Shown: positions 38,101 to 51,076 of the stretch, in pieces
Numbering within the stretch: position 1 is the first letter of the stretch
How the letters are laid out: every line of letters starts with the position of its first letter
From: Thalia democratica
Lineage: Eukaryota
Assembly: GCA_965202585.1 (NCBI GenBank)
Contig: OZ241827.1
Span: 20,460,001 to 20,524,000 of the forward strand
Reading direction: 5' to 3'
Length of the DNA stretch: 64,000 nucleotides
Program-made: the position numbers and the translations under genes
The notes under the pieces: generated by a model
Databases searched by the model: none
The model's input: the letters and a program-made list of their open reading frames with translations, nothing else
What the model was told of the DNA's origin: nothing

Positions 38101-38827
38101 CAGGCCCCACAAAGCATGAAGTCGGTGCTGCAGTCTTTCTGGCTTCTCACCGTCTCCATCGGAAACATCATTGTCCTGATTGTGGCCGAACTCAGTCTCA
38201 TTCCTAACCAGGTACTTTTTGCTTGCTAACAAATGCTATTTTTTTTGTATTTTTACATAAAATTTTGTACAATTGTAAAATAAACGCAGCTAAAAAGTCC
38301 TAGACTTAAGCATCAAATGCTTGACTATCAGTCTGAGTTAGTACAAGGTAGTTTTTACTACTTAGTTTTAGTTTTTACAATCATCTTTTAACTAAGGGTC
38401 TACTAGTGTATATTTAAATGTTATATTAAAGTAAAATCTTTTAATATAGTTACATTTTACATTTGTCTTGGTAATAAACGTTTTAAACCGACTATGTATA
38501 ACACAAGCTTGTACGTCTACTTGTTGTAAAAGTTAATAAACCATCCGACAAACATTTTTCCTCATACAAATCACAATTGTGACGTCACAGGCTGACGAGT
38601 ACTACCTGTTCGCGGGTTTGATCGCCTTCGCCGCCCTCGTCTTCCTGTGGCTGGCCACCAGGTACAAGTACGTCGACGAGAACGAGTTCCGAAGGGACTA
38701 CTCCGACTCGTCGGACGATGACGTATCATCGGTGACGTCATCCAACATGAGCGAGAAGCCCCAAGAGAAGAAGGAGAAGAAGAAGGCGTACGACAACCAG
38801 GCCTTCGTCAAGAACACCCAGCTGTGA
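26155..38827 (+). CDS. SLC15A1: Proton-coupled oligopeptide transporter, PEPT1/PEPT2 type (SLC15/POT family), ~740 aa; invertebrate co-orthologue of SLC15A1/2
   Basis: Manual GT-AG model with all phases consistent. Shared exons: 28251-28323, 29673-29817, 30610-30708, 30940-31039, 31294-31384, 32010-32087, 32298-32380, 32559-32648, 33144-33278, 33780-33901, 34079-34160, 34676-34813, 35150-35308, 36084-36130, 36335-36460, 37032-37128, 37608-37736, 38104-38211, 38591-38827 (2139 nt = 712 aa + stop). Motifs: NEFCERYSYYGMR (ExxERxxYY), [77 protein letters not shown]. There is also a large TM9-TM10 extracellular domain (34676-37128). The candidate distal 5' exons 26155-26173, 26232-26279 and 26784-26800 give MGKKEDDNSSVEKRSMESMDIESKKKKE; these are less certain than the body. 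Confidence 0.95.
27956..27965. promoter_or_regulatory. Perfect CLEAR element (GTCACGTGAC; TFEB/MiTF-TFE E-box) in a CpG-rich island inside SLC15 intron 3
   Basis: Exact palindromic 10-mer within a locally GC/CpG-rich stretch (~27860-28200), 147 bp upstream of the ATG at 28112. An RFX-like half-site, gttagcaac, is at 27940-27948. Confidence 0.75.
28112..28192 (+). CDS. Candidate alternative first coding exon of the SLC15 gene: MQLENLEDRPLLETPRRDKSRKRRSKK
   Basis: ATG at 28112, then 27 open codons and the donor AAG|gttttg (28193). A 58-nt intron leads to the acceptor ttttgcag|28251 in phase 0, in frame with GFPLQVGFILGNEFCER. Read-through of the intron hits TAG. It encodes the [DE]xxxL[LI] motif EDRPLL. 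Confidence 0.72.
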
Positions 38828-39107
38828 TTTTGTTTGAGCGGGGGTTTTTTGGTGGGCGAAAATGGCTTTTTAGAGCGTAAACCGTTTTACTTGTTTTGTT
38901 TTTTTTAGTTGTTGTATTTGTAGTGGTGCAACGTTTTTTTCTTCTCAGTGCAAAAATAAGTTTAATAAGTATTCCGTACAAAGTATAAAAGTACTGTGAT
39001 AACAAACAATTGTTAATACTCAGAAAGTTTAGAGGTTTAAGTTCGACAAAAAAAAAGTTTTAAATGTCGTTATTTACTTTGTAATCGTGCCTATTTACCA
39101 TATGTGC

Positions 39108-39113
39108 AATAAA
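39108..39113 (+). other. Candidate polyadenylation signal of the SLC15 gene
   Basis: AATAAA 281 nt after the TGA stop. Confidence 0.5.
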
Positions 39114-42100
39114 TCATTTCGACTTAAACCGTCATTTTGAAAGTTTTTGTTTTAAAGCACTACTTAGTAAACAAAAACTGACAAACAAAAACTTTTCCAT
39201 GGAAATTTTGATGTTTATTCAGGAGAAGTATTTGTGCAAAGTACTACAATGTGTCGAAATTAATCACCAATTTTTAATAATTAACTTCCAGTACCAACTA
39301 CCACCGTATGACTAAAAACGTTTTGAGTTCTCACGTTTAAAAGCTTCCGATATTTTTCTACTTGCGTCATTAAACTTGACCTTAATATTATGTTTATTAT
39401 AACTTTAATAATAAAACTTTCTGATAGTTTGATTACGTAAGCAACTATTTTTTAGCCTCATTTGGTTGTAAAAATATATATACAAGTTTTAATTTGTTAA
39501 AAAAAAAAAGTACTTTCGTTCTATAAAACAAAAGTTTATAATATCCAGTAAGAAATAGATAAATGATTTTTTTATTTATTTAAAGCTCTTATCAACAGTA
39601 AATTTCTGTGTTAAACAAGTTAGTTATCACTTATAGATTTCTGCTTTAGAAGCTAACGCAAGTTTTTCTTCATGAACGACAGTAGTAGTAAAATTTTATG
39701 CGAAAATATTAAGAAACACACTTTCTGTTTTATACTAATGATGTTATTAAAAAAGCAAAACTGATTGAAAAAAAACTTATTAAGTGCTTTACATGTCCTT
39801 GAGCTAATAAATTCTTCGTTCACTTATAAATAATAGGTGCAAAGTCTAAAATTTATTTGTTAAACTAATCACAAAAGGTTTGCTTACTGTTTTACGATTA
39901 AATTAAACGTTAAATTTATTAAAAACAATATTGTAACTTTTTCGTAATTTTACACTAATTTGCATTCATAATGTAAACCCTAACCTAAAGTTAAGTTTGT
40001 TTTTAAGTTTTTAAATTTAGAAAAAAAAAAGAATTGTTTAAATCTTTCGTAGTATTTTCTAATTTTATTTTATCTTGAACATACTGGATAAAACAGCTTA
40101 AAAATAATAGTATTTTAGTATGGAAAATTAATTATTATTAATTTATTAATTATCATTTATTATTTTCTTTATTATTTTTTAATTAAATCAAGTTAAGACA
40201 GTAAGAATTAAAAAAATTTTTAGAACAAATCAATTAAATTTGATAATCAACAAAAATAATATATATTGGCTACTTTTATTCAAGTTTTCTTTTATTACTG
40301 TCATAATATGATATTTGAATTTTTGTACAAACAACAATAACCTTATAAAAATAGTAAGCACTACTCATTATATGTTATGATAATTTTAATTGTATGACAG
40401 AAAAATAAATGAAAAGTTAGAATTATGTAACATTAGTTGATGTTAAACTTACCTGAAATTATATTTCACTAAATTAATCCGATTTTGTACTTATTAATTT
40501 AAGTTGATGATTATTTTTTTTTTTTGTTTTAATTTGACTTTTTTATAAGTTTCGACTGCCAACCACTTGGTATTTCGTGGCTAATTCTAGAAAGCAGTTC
40601 ATATAATAAGGCAAAAACTTAGTAATTGGCAAAAAAAAACACCCAATTAATATCTTAAATGATGTACTGTAAAAGTATTAGACCTTTAAACTCTTTCGAT
40701 TTAAAAAAATTTAATAACATAGTTTTCAAACTTTTTATTACAAATAAATAGCTTTTTATAGTCTTCGGGCTGATGTGATAGCCTTGTTTATTAGACCTGA
40801 ACTTTCACGGGATGCTTTAGTTTCATAAACTTATACAAGTGTTTTTTCTTAATAACAATTCATAAGAAAAATAAAAACAGACAAAGAAATTAGCAAAAAA
40901 ACGTTCTCAAAAACTACTCAAAAATAAAATACATCATGTTTCTTACTTTCTATCAAAACAGACTTAATATTTTGTCTTTTGTGTTGACTTTTTTTAAAAA
41001 TAAAATAATTTTGCTGACCAGAAAAACTTCCAAGACGAGTTTCATTTTTATTTCAACCAAACAATTAGAAATATAACTTTGTAAAAGTGGAACGAGCTCT
41101 ACATCTGCAAAGAGTACAAAGCTTTCTAACATCTGCAATAGCGTTATTGTTTTTTTGTTTACTCTTGTATATTATTTTACATTGCAGAACATATAAACAT
41201 GCTAAAGATATACTTTGAAGTTTAAGTGAATCTGAACTTTATCACAAAGCCTAAATTTATTTAGTGTAATATCTGTTACGTTGAAACGAAAAATTTAAAA
41301 CTTAAAAAACATTATCCATTAATACTACAATTTTTATCAGTTTTTTTAAGCAATGTTGTTTTTATGAATATTTCAAAATAATTTTGTGTTTTTCATTACA
41401 AACAATAAAAGAGTTAATACAATTTTCATGTAAAACATGATTTCATCATCAAATAGCTAACTTTTAATTTTTAAATAAAGATTATATTTATTATATTAAT
41501 CTAAAAAATTAAGTTTTAGCATAAAGTTGATTAGTATAAAAAAAGTACTATAAAATTTGTATGTACATTATACTTCCTTTAAACACAACTTTAAAGAGCA
41601 TACTTAACTGGAAGCGTGTATTCAAGTTGACCTAGTCTAACAGTTGGTACATTAAGACTAATCCAGATAATTTAAAACTATCTTATGTTATATGGTGATT
41701 AATAATTCCCTTAAACAAAAGGTAAATACTCACCGTAAACATAATTTCCATTGAGGTTGTTACAAATGTAGATGAATTAAAATTATAAAGTATAGATTTT
41801 AAACTTTTGAATACTTTTCTGATACAGTTATGTCTTTGATACTTAAGTTAACTAGATATTTAAATGTGTTAACAATTGTATTTTAAACTTTTAATCTTAT
41901 TTAAATAGCAGGAATGATTTTTGATCACCAATTTCCAAAATGCTTTCTTGGTTTCTCAACAAATAGTTGCAAAAGTTCATAAACAAAGCTTTAAGATTCT
42001 GAGTTATTTATCATTATTTCACATTAATTACTACTGAATAAGCTATGGTTTAAAGTTACTCAAAATGTTAGTTGTTGCAAATTTTTACTATACTTTAAGC

Positions 42101-44010
42101 TAAAAGGAGTAATAAAAGTTGTTGAACCAACGCTTTAAAATATAGTATCAAATTGTTTTTTAAGTTTAAAACTTTAATATACTAAAATACTGAAAGCTTT
42201 TATTTGTTACTCACGTTAAATTTCGTTTCTGAGTATTAACTGTTAGGTCACAACGAGTTTCAAAATCAGTTTTTGTGACGTAGTAAAACAATTAATGTTA
42301 CTTGTAAAAGAAAGCAAAAAACCATAACTGTTTAGTTTTTTAAGTTTTTGATTTTTTTAAAGTCCAGAATGGCTTTTCAAAGTAAGAATAAATCATAAGC
42401 AAAAAATTTTCTTGGTAAGAGTTTATCTGTAAGATAAAAACAAATGCAACCACTGTAATAAAAACTAAACGACAATTTTAAATTTTACTTTAATTTGTAC
42501 ACCGAATAAATTTTTTTATAAATTTTTATCAGAAGTTGATTTTAAATAATAACTATTTTACTACTAATAACTTACGACTATATTAAATTTATCTTTAAGA
42601 TTTAATATTTAGAAAAATATATAAAAAATCGTACTATGGAGTGTTTTGTAATTAAACTGTGCTTTAACGAGGATTCTTGTTTGATTTGGTTCAAGCGAGT
42701 GAAACTTTAGTACTTTGTATATATATTAATTGCTTTGAAAAGATAATTAATAAAAAATTAAACTGTAACAGTGTTTTTTTGAACAGAAATTTAGATATCA
42801 AGAATTATCTTAAAATAGCTCAAGCATGTATCAAATGTAAAAGAAATAACAATTTTAAGCCCAAAAAGTATGTTTAAATTTCAGTGTAAGTTAAGAGCGA
42901 GCGACGTTGGATCAAACCTTTTAACCGGATCTGGCCTGTCAAGGACAAATATTTGTCCTGCAAACTATTTCTATTAAACGAAGTTAAATGAAACAAAATA
43001 TTTTTTTATTAAATATTGTTGTACATGTTATTTATTTTAGTTTTAGAGTTCTATAGTTTTCATTTAATAATTGTTTCATTACAACTATGATTTAAAGCGT
43101 TTATAGTATAATTTTTAAAAACTACGCCGCCCGCAAAGACATTTTTGGTAATTCTTACCTGACGACTAGAAAAGTTACCCACTCCTAATACAAATCATAT
43201 TTTACAGGTTATACTGAACAATTAAGCAAACTAGACGCTTTGTTATTATTTTAGAATTGTATATATTTACGCATTCTTGCGATTTCAAACAGCTAGTTTT
43301 ATAAATATTATTTAACTTTTATTTTATCATTATTTGATATCTAGTAACTTTAAACAGCAATTTCGGTACATTTTGCATTATAACAAAACAACACTGTAAT
43401 GTTTGTAATCTTAACATAAACAATGTTTTTTTTTTCAGAACTATAGTTGTACTTATTGTATATGTTGTTGCAGACAAACCAATGTTATAAATTTATTTAG
43501 TTTTAATTATTAATTTGTAAAATTAAACCTCGATACTTTAAAGACAAAATAGAATAAAACGTATATGACATAAAACAAACATTTACTTTTGTTTTGTATC
43601 AAATATAGTAATTGTTATATATATATATATAAGTTGTACATAAGTTGTTTTCAAAGTAGGCTAACTAAAATTATTCAATTTTAGTTGAAACGTCACAATG
43701 TGTTTTTTTGTGTGATTCTTTAAAAATCTTACTTTGTTCTTTATTTCGTTCTGAGGATATGCGCAAAGCATTGAAACTAAGTAAACGATTCAAATACTAG
43801 TTGTTTTTTATATTATAAATATAAATAAATATATATATATATATATAATAAAAATAACTACTTTAGTATGTGTCAATATAAAAAAGTTTTCAGCAGTAGT
43901 CCAACAGTTTCTACTGTGATAATTGAGCTCAATGCTTAGAAAGTTGTACAATCCTTTATACACAACTTATGTTGAACTAGAAAGAAATGACTGTCTGACA
44001 ATTATTTTTC

Positions 44011-45396
44011 TTAAAACGAAGTTCCAAAAATTCTATTAACCTTTTTGCTTACAAAATCTTTTATCTTTTCGGTGTCTGAAAATTTTCTGGGAATGTCTTC
44101 GTTTGTTTCATCCTTGTCCTTTTCACAAGTGGAATTCTGAGGTCTTTCACTTCGTACATCGCTTGTGCTGCTTTCAGAAATTAACTCATCTTGGCTTAGA
44201 GTGTTCTCATCGTTTGTAGTTATGAAATTTTTGTCGTTAATCAGTTTTTCTTTACTTGAATTTTCTTCCAAAAGAGTTTGAACCTTACTGTTAAGACTGT
44301 CTTTAACCTTTTCATAGTTTTTCCTAACTGTATCCACCTCTCCTTTTAAGTGTTCGTTTTCCTTTGACAAATTTTCGTTTTTCAAATTTGCTTCGGTGTT
44401 TTTATTTATTTCTACTTGTAACTCTTTAGTTAGTTCTAGAACTTTATTGCATAGTGAATCCGCTTCGTCTTTAGTTAATTTAGATTCATTTTCATGTGCA
44501 TCTAAGCTCTCTAAAGCTGCAACACTTTCTCTTATTTTTTTGTATAAGGCGTTTTTAGATTGAGACTGTAGTTGTTCTTCATCATTTAGTTCTGAAATTT
44601 TTTGCTTATTCTCAACAGCTGGGCTCAACAAAAGATCATTTTGGGGTGTATTTAGCAAGCTATTTTCCACCTTAGCTTTTTTCTGGCCTATAAAGTTACA
44701 TTACATTATATTAGAAAAAATAGTTACCTTATTATACTTTAAATCAAAAGATTTGTTTTAAGAAACAAGTTTAAGTTTTCTTAAAAAGCTTAACTTAGTA
44801 AAGTTTTTAATAAAACTAAAGTTCTTAGAATATGTTTATACATTATAAAGTTAGCTTGAAATAAAAAAAAGTTGCATAAACCTAACTAGAATACACTAAC
44901 AAATTTTTTTGTTGTGAAATCTATAAAAAAACAACAAAACTGACAAAAAAAACTTTTTTTAGTTAAGTAAGTATGTGTTTCAAAATTCACTAGTTTTCGT
45001 TTTTTTGTTGTAGTGAAACAATTGTTTTAAAATTAATAATAGAAATAAAAAGCTAATAATACTTTAATAACGTTTTAAAGTAATTTGAAAGTTCATAGTG
45101 ATTCAAATGATGTAAACTAAGTATAAATGTTACAATTTCAATCGCTCTATGCTTAACTTTGTTTTGAGTTTTATTATAAACTAAGCTAATTGCTTTTCTT
45201 CATAACTGCTACCTTTTCTATCACGCTTTAACTAAAGTACGATAAATTTAAACTAACCTTGATTGATGATTTTAGCTTCTTTTACTTGTGCTTTACCCTC
45301 TACGTTTGAAGATCCATCAAAAAGTTTTTCAGCAATATTGATGTTTAAACTTATTTGACTTCTGTTCAATAATAAAGAGTTCTTAGTTACAAACAT
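44011..45396 (-). CDS. Uncharacterised coiled-coil protein (at least 271 aa); exons 45396(or 45442)-45258 and 44687-44011
   Basis: The 219-codon ORF extends upstream to the acceptor ttatag|GC CAG AAA AAA GCT AAG GTG (44687, phase 1). An upstream 61-codon open stretch (…MFVTKNSLLLNRSQISLNINIAEKLFDGSSNVEGKAQVKEAKIINQ G|gttagt at 45258) ends in a matching phase-1 donor. A heptad-like E/K/N/L-rich segment is present (LCNKVLELTKELQVEINKN…KVQTLLEEN). No recognised domain. The true start may be further upstream. Confidence 0.65.
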
Positions 45397-46309
45397 ATGT
45401 TTAATCTTGTGATTATGTTTAAGTCTTGTTCGTGTTACGGAGCTTTAGTTAGAACCTAATTAATATTTTTGTATATGACTTAATACTAATTTATAAAGTT
45501 TAATGATAGATTATATAGCTTTGTTTATCTTGCTTCATAGAGTTTGTTAAACGTGATCATTGCTTAAGCGCGTGAAACACAGTGTTGAGTAATAAACTTG
45601 GTTAAAGTTGTCTTGTTGATTTTGACAAAAAGTGTAAAAAACATAAAAACTGTTAAATTAACGAGTTTAATAGCAATTGGTACATTTTTTTTTGTAAAAC
45701 AATTATTATTTTTCTATAGATTTTCTTAAACTGTTAAGTTCTTTAAACTTAAGGTAAAAACTAAGGGTTAAAAAACAAGGTTTCAAACGTGTCTTTGTTT
45801 TATGGTGTAAGTGTGAGAAACAAAACTGTAAACATTATGATTTTCCTATACTTAATTAATTGCTTTTGTTGAAATCTAAACGAAACTAGTTGAAAAATAA
45901 CCTTATAAAAAATTACGAATAAGTCATAAAATTTTTAAATGGGGTTGTTTAATGTTGTTTATTTTTAATGTTTACGTGAATAACATTTCAAACAAGACTA
46001 AAAAGAGTTTAAAACAGTTTAGTTTAAAACTTTCATTACCTATAAATAGTAATCTATAGATAATCTAATAAATATAGATAATGGAGAAATTATGTCTATT
46101 ATTAAGAAAAAATAAAGTTTATACAAATTTATAATTTTGTAAACAATATATGACAATTACTTTAGTGGTTCTTTTCTGCTATCATTTGTTACTTTTTCCA
46201 TTAAACTTTACAGTAAAATCTGAAAACAAAACTTTTAATTTTTTTAAACTAAAACTAAGAAAATTTAAATGATAGCTTTGTGTTTAATGTCTTAACCTAT
46301 CAAAGTTAA

Positions 46310-46700
46310 TTAAAAAGGTGTAAAAAATTGTTAAAAAAAAAGTAATACATAAACGTTTTCATTAAAAATAAAGGCTTTTTCTTAAGCAACCACATTTTAA
46401 GTATTTTTTTTTCTTTTTTCATTCCTTTTTGTTTTAGTTAAACAAGGTAACTCATTATCATTAGAAAACAAAACTAAAAATTATACAACAAAACTTTTTG
46501 ACCAACTAAAAAAGTGTAAAAACTTGTTAAAAAAAGTAATACATAAACGTTTTTATTAAAAATAAAGACTTTTTTCTTAAGCAACCACATTTTAAGTATT
46601 TTTTTTTCCTTTTTTGATTCCTTTTTGTTTTAGTTAAACAAGGTAATTCATTATCATTAGAAAACAAAACTAAAAGTTATACAACAAAACTTTTTGACCA
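46310..46700 (+). repeat. ~196-bp tandem duplication (2 copies)
   Basis: gtgtaaaaa…gtaatacataaacg…aagcaaccacattttaag…acaacaaaactttttgacca occurs twice back to back. Confidence 0.92.
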
Positions 46701-49700
46701 AAAATTGCACGAATTTGTGGTTAAATATTGTTAAAAAGCACCACAAAAATTGTGTATTTGTTTAAGAACTTTTAATAATAAACTAATTGCTATAATTTTG
46801 TTACAAATGTTTGTTTACATTTAGTTTTGTCACAAATTCATATATGTTGATAATGTTTTGAGAAAAATATCTAAAAATTAAATTAAAAACCATACGTTAC
46901 TTTTTAGTTTCATAGTTTTTTGTACAATGATGTGTTTAGACTACTTTGAAAATTTTTATTTGTCAAGTATTAGAAAAAGTTATAACAAACTACTTAGTAA
47001 AAGTTGATTAAAAAGTTCTTATGTGGTCTAAGGCGCTCCGGATTAGCTAATACTTTATTTAATTTAGTTTAAAGTTTTATCTCATAAAACTATATTTTGA
47101 TTTGTTCTTTACAAATTTGGGTAAAGCAATTAACAATAAGGGTCTAAACTAAAACTTGTGGGTAAAAATGGTTAACGGTAGGAGATTAGATGTTATTAGT
47201 ACACTGCTAATAAATACTTTACCTCATTCGCATATGTTTCGAATAAAAAATTCCAAAACCTTATAACTGCAGTCGACCCGAACTTATGGCCCAACAATCA
47301 AGTCTTGTATTGAAACTTGTAAGTAAGTCCGAGTTAAAACAAATATAAATAAAACATTCTTCTTTATAAAAAAACATAACTTATATTTTTGACATCAACT
47401 CTTTTAACTGAACACTTATGCTTTCTATTACCGCGCTTAGTGCTACTTTTATTATTATCAAGCTTTCAGATATGATGCCGCTTAATAACTTTTGTAATGC
47501 ATTACGCTGTTCTTCGCAATTATTTCTGGCTTTTTATTGAAGTGGTTTACCTTCAATCGGTAATATCATTTGCTATGAATAAACAGCCTAAATCTGTGTG
47601 TTTGTTTACATTTTGATGGAGATTGTTTACAGTTTCTTAGTATACTATAATTTTTCAATTTTGAGTTGATTTTAAAGTCCAAGGATGTAAGTGTATTTAC
47701 TTTTATAAGCTTGTTTTTGTCGTCGGTGGTTGATGCTGATTAAAAAAAGTGCAATGAACATTAAGCATCGTAAAGCACAAAACAACTTTTAAAATTCTTA
47801 GTAAATTTATTTACATTATTGAGTTGGTCGTTATTAAAAGTTTTTAGGAAAATTATCAAATAATTTTTAAAACTAATATTTCAACTAAATTTCATGTATA
47901 AACAAGCTTTTTTACTTCATTAATATTGTACTGTAGTTTATTTTGTTTTATTTACTGCTGAAAATAATTTCAAGCCTATACAGAATTAGTTTACTAATAC
48001 ATAGTAAAACTGAAAATAATATACTCGATTAAGGCTAGATAAGCTTTAGAATAAGATTAGATTGGCGAAATCAACTTTGTCACTTATACCTCTGTTTGGT
48101 ATTCATTATGTTTATTTTTTATTTTTCAACGATCATTATTTGTTGAATAATAAACAAAAAAAAATTACGTCAAAATTGCACTAAAAACTGTCTGCACCTC
48201 TTTCGAAGTAAGTTTTAAAGGAGTAGCTGAATAATTTTCTAAATAGAATGCCAAAACTAGTTAGTGTTTGTAATTTAAGTGAAAAGAACAAGTCTAGTTT
48301 TTCATAGAGCCAGTTAAAACTTTTGCTGTGCAACTTAATGTATTAAAAGCTCTTGTTATTTTACGCTATTTTGATAAGAACTAATTGAAAAAAGGTTTTA
48401 GTTATTGAAAAATATATAGATTGCTTATCGTAATAGTTTCAATTTAAAACAAAAACAATGGTTGCAGTTTTATACTGCTTGGTATAAACTCAAACGACTA
48501 TTTAATTGTGTAAAAACATCGTTATTCTTTTGTCATTAGTTAACTAAAAATGACGATTACTAAAACATTTAACACAGGGTATAGCTATAAGTTTTAGACT
48601 TAATTTCGTAATTAAAACATTGTTTAAACTTTTATTATATAGACTCTTAACATTTATCACAAGTTAATTTATAAATTATAAACAGTGTTATTATTAAAAC
48701 TATTGATACTAAAGGATTTTTTAACAAAAATTTTTATATTAAGTTACTGATTTTTAACTACAAAAGGTTTGAGTTTTAATTAGTGCATTTTTGACGTTTT
48801 TGAAACGTATATGTAAGTTGTATGTAATTTCTCGTTTTGAATAGTTTAAAAATTATATATAAGTAATAGTAAAAAATATTTTAAATACTTTAAGATAAAG
48901 TAAAACGTTACAATAGCTTACTTTTTTATACAAGTAAAACTATTTTTCAGATTGTTAACAAAAAACGTCTTTTAGATTTTATAGTATATTTTTTTTTTAA
49001 TATTATAATTTAGACTATTTGAAACATACATTTATAAAGCACATAAATTTTCTAAAAACTCATTAATTGATTGCTTTTCCGAGCTATAATCGAAACTTTT
49101 ACTATTACAAACAATTATCTATGGTTTAAACATCTAAAATAAAACAAACTAGATAAAAACTTTTGATAAAAATGAGGTTGTATAAAAAACTAAAAATTGA
49201 AGTATAGCTAGTATTTATTAAAATCTTTAACCACTTAGCTGTAAGTATACTTTGCAGACGTTATTTGGCCACAATTACGTTGCCGAGTTTAAAATTGTTT
49301 AAAAAAATACAAGGTCCTTATAAACGAATCGTCCTTAAATCTAGCGCTTTAAAATTTATACTTTTACATTTTAATAGTCAATATTAGACGATATAAGAAA
49401 CCGTAGCATTTACAACCACTAGGATTACAAACATTAATTAGTGGCAGCTACGTACTCTGTACTGTTTAATTTCATCATTACAGTTTATTTTTAAGTTTTT
49501 ATCATATGTATTCACTGTAATTAATAATTCAAACATCGAGTTTATTGACTTGAAAAAGTTTGTTTAATGTTTTAATTAGTTTTTGTCACAATTGAGTTTA
49601 ATCTAAATGAAACACATTTTTTTTTATTGTTATGTAGATTGAAATTATATAGATTTTTTTAAAGTAAATTTTTCAGCTTCAAGCTCTATTAAAAAGTATG

Positions 49701-50087
49701 TATTAAAAATACCACGAATAAAATTGTTTGTCCAAAGTATAGTTTTTGTCATAACAACAACAATCTAAAATTTATAATTATGTTAATAGACGTGATTTTA
49801 GGCAGTAACGAATATCAACAAACTATTATGGATTTGGCTTAAAAAGTGCAAAGTTTATATAAAATAAGTTGTCTGACAAAAAATAAGTAAAAATTAATTT
49901 TGCAAACTTCAAAAAAAAAAATTCCACAAATATAACAAATTATTTGACTAATAGTCGATGTTTTAAATCTACCAAAAACTGATACTGATGATTAAAGCTA
50001 AATCAAACAAAAGTATTTTAACATTCGACAGATACGTAACATCTGTAGACGACAAGCGTAAGTATACTTATAAGTTAAAGACCTTAC

Positions 50088-50199
50088 CACTGAGCAGATT
50101 GCAACTGCCCATTGGTAAAAAATTAACTTCAAAGAAGTTCGCGCGTACTTGCACAGTTATAGAAATCCAGAACTGCAGGAAAAGTGCAATTTTCTTCAT
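50088..50199 (-). CDS. Candidate first coding exon encoding a signal peptide: MKKIALFLQFWISITVQVRA/NFFEVNFLPMGSCNLLS
   Basis: ATG at 50199, 37 open codons, then the donor G|gtaagg (phase 1). A strong upstream acceptor, ttttgtttttctccag, is at 50276. The peptide has a basic N-region, a hydrophobic core and a V-R-A cleavage-type site. Downstream exons were not identified. Confidence 0.5.
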
Positions 50200-51076
50200 T
50201 AAAAAATTTGTTTTATCGAGATCGATTACCGATCAAGGAAATTGAGTGAAAATGTTTTTAAAGAGCAGTTGTTAGCTGGAGAAAAACAAAACATTGATTT
50301 GTAATCAGTTTTTAATCGATTATAGAACCACGTTAGATAAAGGACGTTTGTAAAATTATCTTTTGAGAAAAAATCAAATTGTGATATTTTATGAGTGAAG
50401 TTAAAATTTCATAATGAATAAATACAAAAGTACTTTTATCATAAACTAAAAATTAAGAGATGTTTTAAGTCCTACTCACACTTTCGGTTTAGAGTAAAAA
50501 TTAAAAAAGTGAAATACTCTATGCAATGTGTTTTATTTTTTGTTTACATATTAGGTGTTAAAAACTTTTCTTGTAAAAGTATAGAAATAGTAGCTATGAA
50601 GTTCTTTTTGTTTTACAAACTAACGCTTTAAACTCTAGTTTTATCCAGTCATGTAATCAAAAATTATACTTTGTTGCGCTTCGTTTATAAAAACTAAACT
50701 AGTCTCGATATAAGTTTATAAGCAAAACATTTACAACAGCTAGATATACAATATCTCAAAATATGGCAACTGTGCCCTGGAGTCGTTGTGAAAATGTACT
50801 TTTCGAATAACAATTTTCAAATGAAATTTGATTATGTGTTTACTATATCACACTTACATTTGACTTTGTAATACTACTTGTATCGTAATTCCGGTAGCTA
50901 GCTTAAAACTCGATTTTGATAAAAGAAAACTATCAAAAATTCAAAAGCAGTAAGTTTTATGACTTTTATAAATTTTGATACTTAAAGCCGAGCTGAACTT
51001 TTGCCAAAACCATTGACAGATATTTACTTTTAAGCTCAACAATGTTTATCCAAGTGTGAAAAAATTGTGTACCTAA

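Noticed and set aside
42942-42959. Perfect 18-bp palindrome aggacaaatatttgtcct
   Set aside because: It is isolated, has an AT-rich core, and has no associated TSD, partner or gene context.
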